63,221 nucleotides of DNA, taken from contig LWCA01000066.1 in NCBI GenBank assembly GCA_001642005.1, forward strand, positions 1 through 63,221, read 5' to 3'. The notes beneath the pieces were generated by a model. The model did not search any database and was not told the origin of the DNA. It worked only from the letters and a program-made list of their open reading frames with translations. Below, piece after piece: positions 60,427 to 63,221 of the stretch; the first letter of the stretch is position 1, and the number at the start of each line of letters is the position of its first letter. The stretch comes from Intoshia linei (lineage: Eukaryota > Animalia > Orthonectida). A program made the translations under genes and the position numbers.

Positions 60427-61542
60427 GTATCCTAATAAATTTATTTATTTATTTATAAATTATTAATGAGATTGCTTTTCGATTTTTTAGTTGTATTTAA
60501 ATTTTTGGATAAATTGATAAGCCTCGTTACAACCGTCTATCTTATGTTTTACTAGAATTGTATAATTACGTTTTATATTTATTTAATTATTTCTATTTAG
60601 ATTTGATATACTTGATAAAGACAAAATTTTATCAGTCGAGCAGATTGATTTTAGAGATATTTTAAAAAAAAAATAATTTTTTTACACAAACAAATAAATT
60701 TTAATAATTTGTTAATCATTTATTTCCTTTTTCTTATATCCTTCTACTGATGTGGAGGCACTACAATTGGAATCATTCATTACAATTGAAATTAGAATTC
60801 TTATATACAAGTATAACTGTATGTTTTATTTAAATTATTGTAAATTTTGGTTTAACCCTAATGAAAAATCCTCAGTAAAGAACAAGCTACAATCGGTCAT
60901 ATATAATTAATTTCATTTATTTGTTTATTGAAAAAAATTTGAATTTTAAAAAAATTTAAATTATTAAGAAATTCCGTCTTTATCTAAGCATTACGAAAAC
61001 GTGAATGTGAGCCTTATGGCAAGCCAAAAATCATTTCTAATTGAATCATAGGTTTCTATCTTTTTCAATAAACCTTTTTATACTAATTAAGGGTAATGGA
61101 TATAATATTATCTCCATTTTAATGTATGTACTTTAAATGAAAACATTAAAACAAAATTTAAAATTTTAACTTAGATTTAATTTTAATTCCTCTTTTGAAA
61201 TATGTTAAACATGAACTAGATTACATACGTACGTGATATAAAATGTAAATGAAATATTTCCAACATAATAGACTAAATCAAGTCCATAAGACTAATAATA
61301 AAATGGTATATTTTGATTGGAAAGAATTTGAGGGTATTATATTAAATGTAATGTAGCAAGCCAAACGAAAGATCTCTAAAATAAATAGAGCAAATAAAAA
61401 ATTAAATTTAAAAAATTGAATATAAATTGGACAAAAGATATTCAATTCAACATAATTAAATTTTGTTTCAGGTCACTAAAAGCATATTTTTGTCATTTAT
61501 CTGAAATTCAGTTTCTATTCGTTTAATTTTATAAAATAAAAT

Positions 61543-63221
61543 ATGAAAAATTTCGTAGTTTTATCACTCTGTTTCATTTTGTTGACTGGATGTGAAAGCC
61601 GATTTGTTGGGGATAGAAAAAGACCCACAAAGAGAAATGTTGTCACTTTGACTGGTACAGTCAACCCAGCTGACTTGCAAAGAACCGAAAATAATGGACC
61701 TGTGATCAATGGTAATGTTTAGAATAATTATATAAATTGACAGTATTGGTGTTTGATATTATTATTAATAAAACAACGTAGTTATAGTAGGGTAATATAT
61801 TGAAGGATAAAAAATTCCATCAACAAAATAAAAACCACGAAAATTTTATCTAAATAGTTAATGTATATTTAAGTGGGCAGAAATTTATATGGTCTTACAT
61901 TTTGAACAAATTCAACAGGGTATCAAATATTTGTATAATGTGTGACGATTATCAAAATAAATAATATTTGGAAAGATTTTAATAAAGCTTGACAAATATA
62001 TAAATTAGTTCAAAGTGATTTTTCATTCTTTCGTCATCCCATATTGATGTAATCGCTACATAATGCAATACTTAATTTATTTTTAGTTTGAGTCAGATTG
62101 TAAAAACTGTAATTAGTGGTATGTTAAAATATGTATAATACGTTAAAGTTGAAATAAGGATTTTTATTGGTATCCAAAAATTCTTAATTAAATCAGATTT
62201 AATTTTTGAAAATTTGTTTGTATTCTCCGCCTTCATCACAAATGTAAAAGGGGTACATCAATTCCATTTTAAAACTGCTATTTAAGACAATTGTTTTAAA
62301 TATGAAATTTATTATTATAATTTATTTGCTATAAAATATTTTTCGATTATGAAGAAATTTTGTCATAATTTACGTATATTTGAATATAGAGTTAAACTTC
62401 TCAACACCACAATTTTTGTTTTTCAACATTTATGGCGGTATTAAGGGTTTGGGTTGTTGAGAATAATAAACATTGTGGCGACTAAATCATGGATACGGTT
62501 ACTATATTTTTATAAGCATTCATATAGTAAAATAATGATACATTAAAGTTCATTCATCCAACAAACGCGTATTTTAATATATTTGTTGATAAATTTAATT
62601 AGGGTTTGGTAACTTATAACTAAAACTAGATTAATAGTTTCTATAACAAAAAGTTTAAGAACTGTTTATATCAAAATATTTACGATTTTAATTTAAGGAT
62701 TTAACTCAATTTAATCAAATTTTCTTTTTACATATTTTAAAATTGTGGCGGTAGTGAGAGATTGTCGGTAATGAGAAATTTTCTTATAAAATTGGAATAT
62801 AATGGCGATATTGAGGGGTGGCAGTACTGAGAGGTCTGATTGTATATTCAAAGATATGATTTTCCCTACGACAATTTAAAAAAACTATTCAAACATCAGG
62901 GTGCCAAATTCCGGGTTCGTATAGTAGTGCACTTTGATTATAGTATACTATGGTTTAGACCTTTCCACTTTTGAGGTTCCACAACTAAACCAAAATCAAG
63001 ACCAAATACACAATACATTCACAGATGGAATCAATCAACCTATTCCAGCGCTTGATGAAAATTCTTCTCAGGATAATGAAATAAACTCAGTGTACAACTT
63101 ACTTAAGAATCGACAAACAAACAATCAAAACAACAACGGACCACAACAAAATAGGCAAAACAATAACGGCCGTCAACAAAATGGTCAAAACAACAACGGA
63201 CCACGACCAAATGGTCAAAAT
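61543..63221 (+). CDS. Secreted protein with dibasic sites and QNNNG-type decapeptide repeats (3' truncated)
   Basis: Exon 61543-61711 MKNFVVLSLCFILLTGCES-RFVGDRKRPTKRNVV.., phase-compatible exon 62959-end open through QNNNGPQQNR QNNNGRQQNG QNNNGPRPNG. Confidence 0.75.
62389..62842. mobile_element. pogo/Tc1-type MITE
   Basis: TA flanks, degenerate TIRs GAGTTAAACTTCTCA / TGAGAGGTCTGATTG, subterminal TGGCGGTA repeats. Confidence 0.5.

Overview
AT-rich eukaryotic (metazoan-type) nuclear DNA, not prokaryotic. Genes are split by GT-AG introns that are mostly 34-45 nt, plus a few long introns filled with repeats. This style suggests a compact invertebrate genome such as an orthonectid (Intoshia-like); that is inference and unverified. 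Hand-spliced gene models in order: IGF2BP/Imp-like KH protein (-), COQ7 (+), PCYT2 (-), CENP-X (+), ZNF207/BuGZ (-), LOTUS+Tudor TDRD5/7-like (+), cytospin-like CH protein (-), HOP2 (-), ORC2 (+), hAT and Tc1 transposase relics, a 1007-aa intronless BTB protein (-), NOSIP (+), DNPEP (-), an IQ-motif gene (+), tRNA-Val(AAC) (-) and a secreted N/Q/G-repeat protein (+, truncated by the window end). Non-autonomous Helitrons and hAT/pogo MITEs are common. Most notable: PCYT2 and CENP-X start codons interlock on one CATG; two CDSs overlap tail-to-tail; six divergent gene pairs; and several GC-enriched foldable islands, including an unassigned Sm-site RNA candidate with a U1-like cloverleaf. All exon coordinates and folds were derived by eye and need RNA-seq or computational confirmation.
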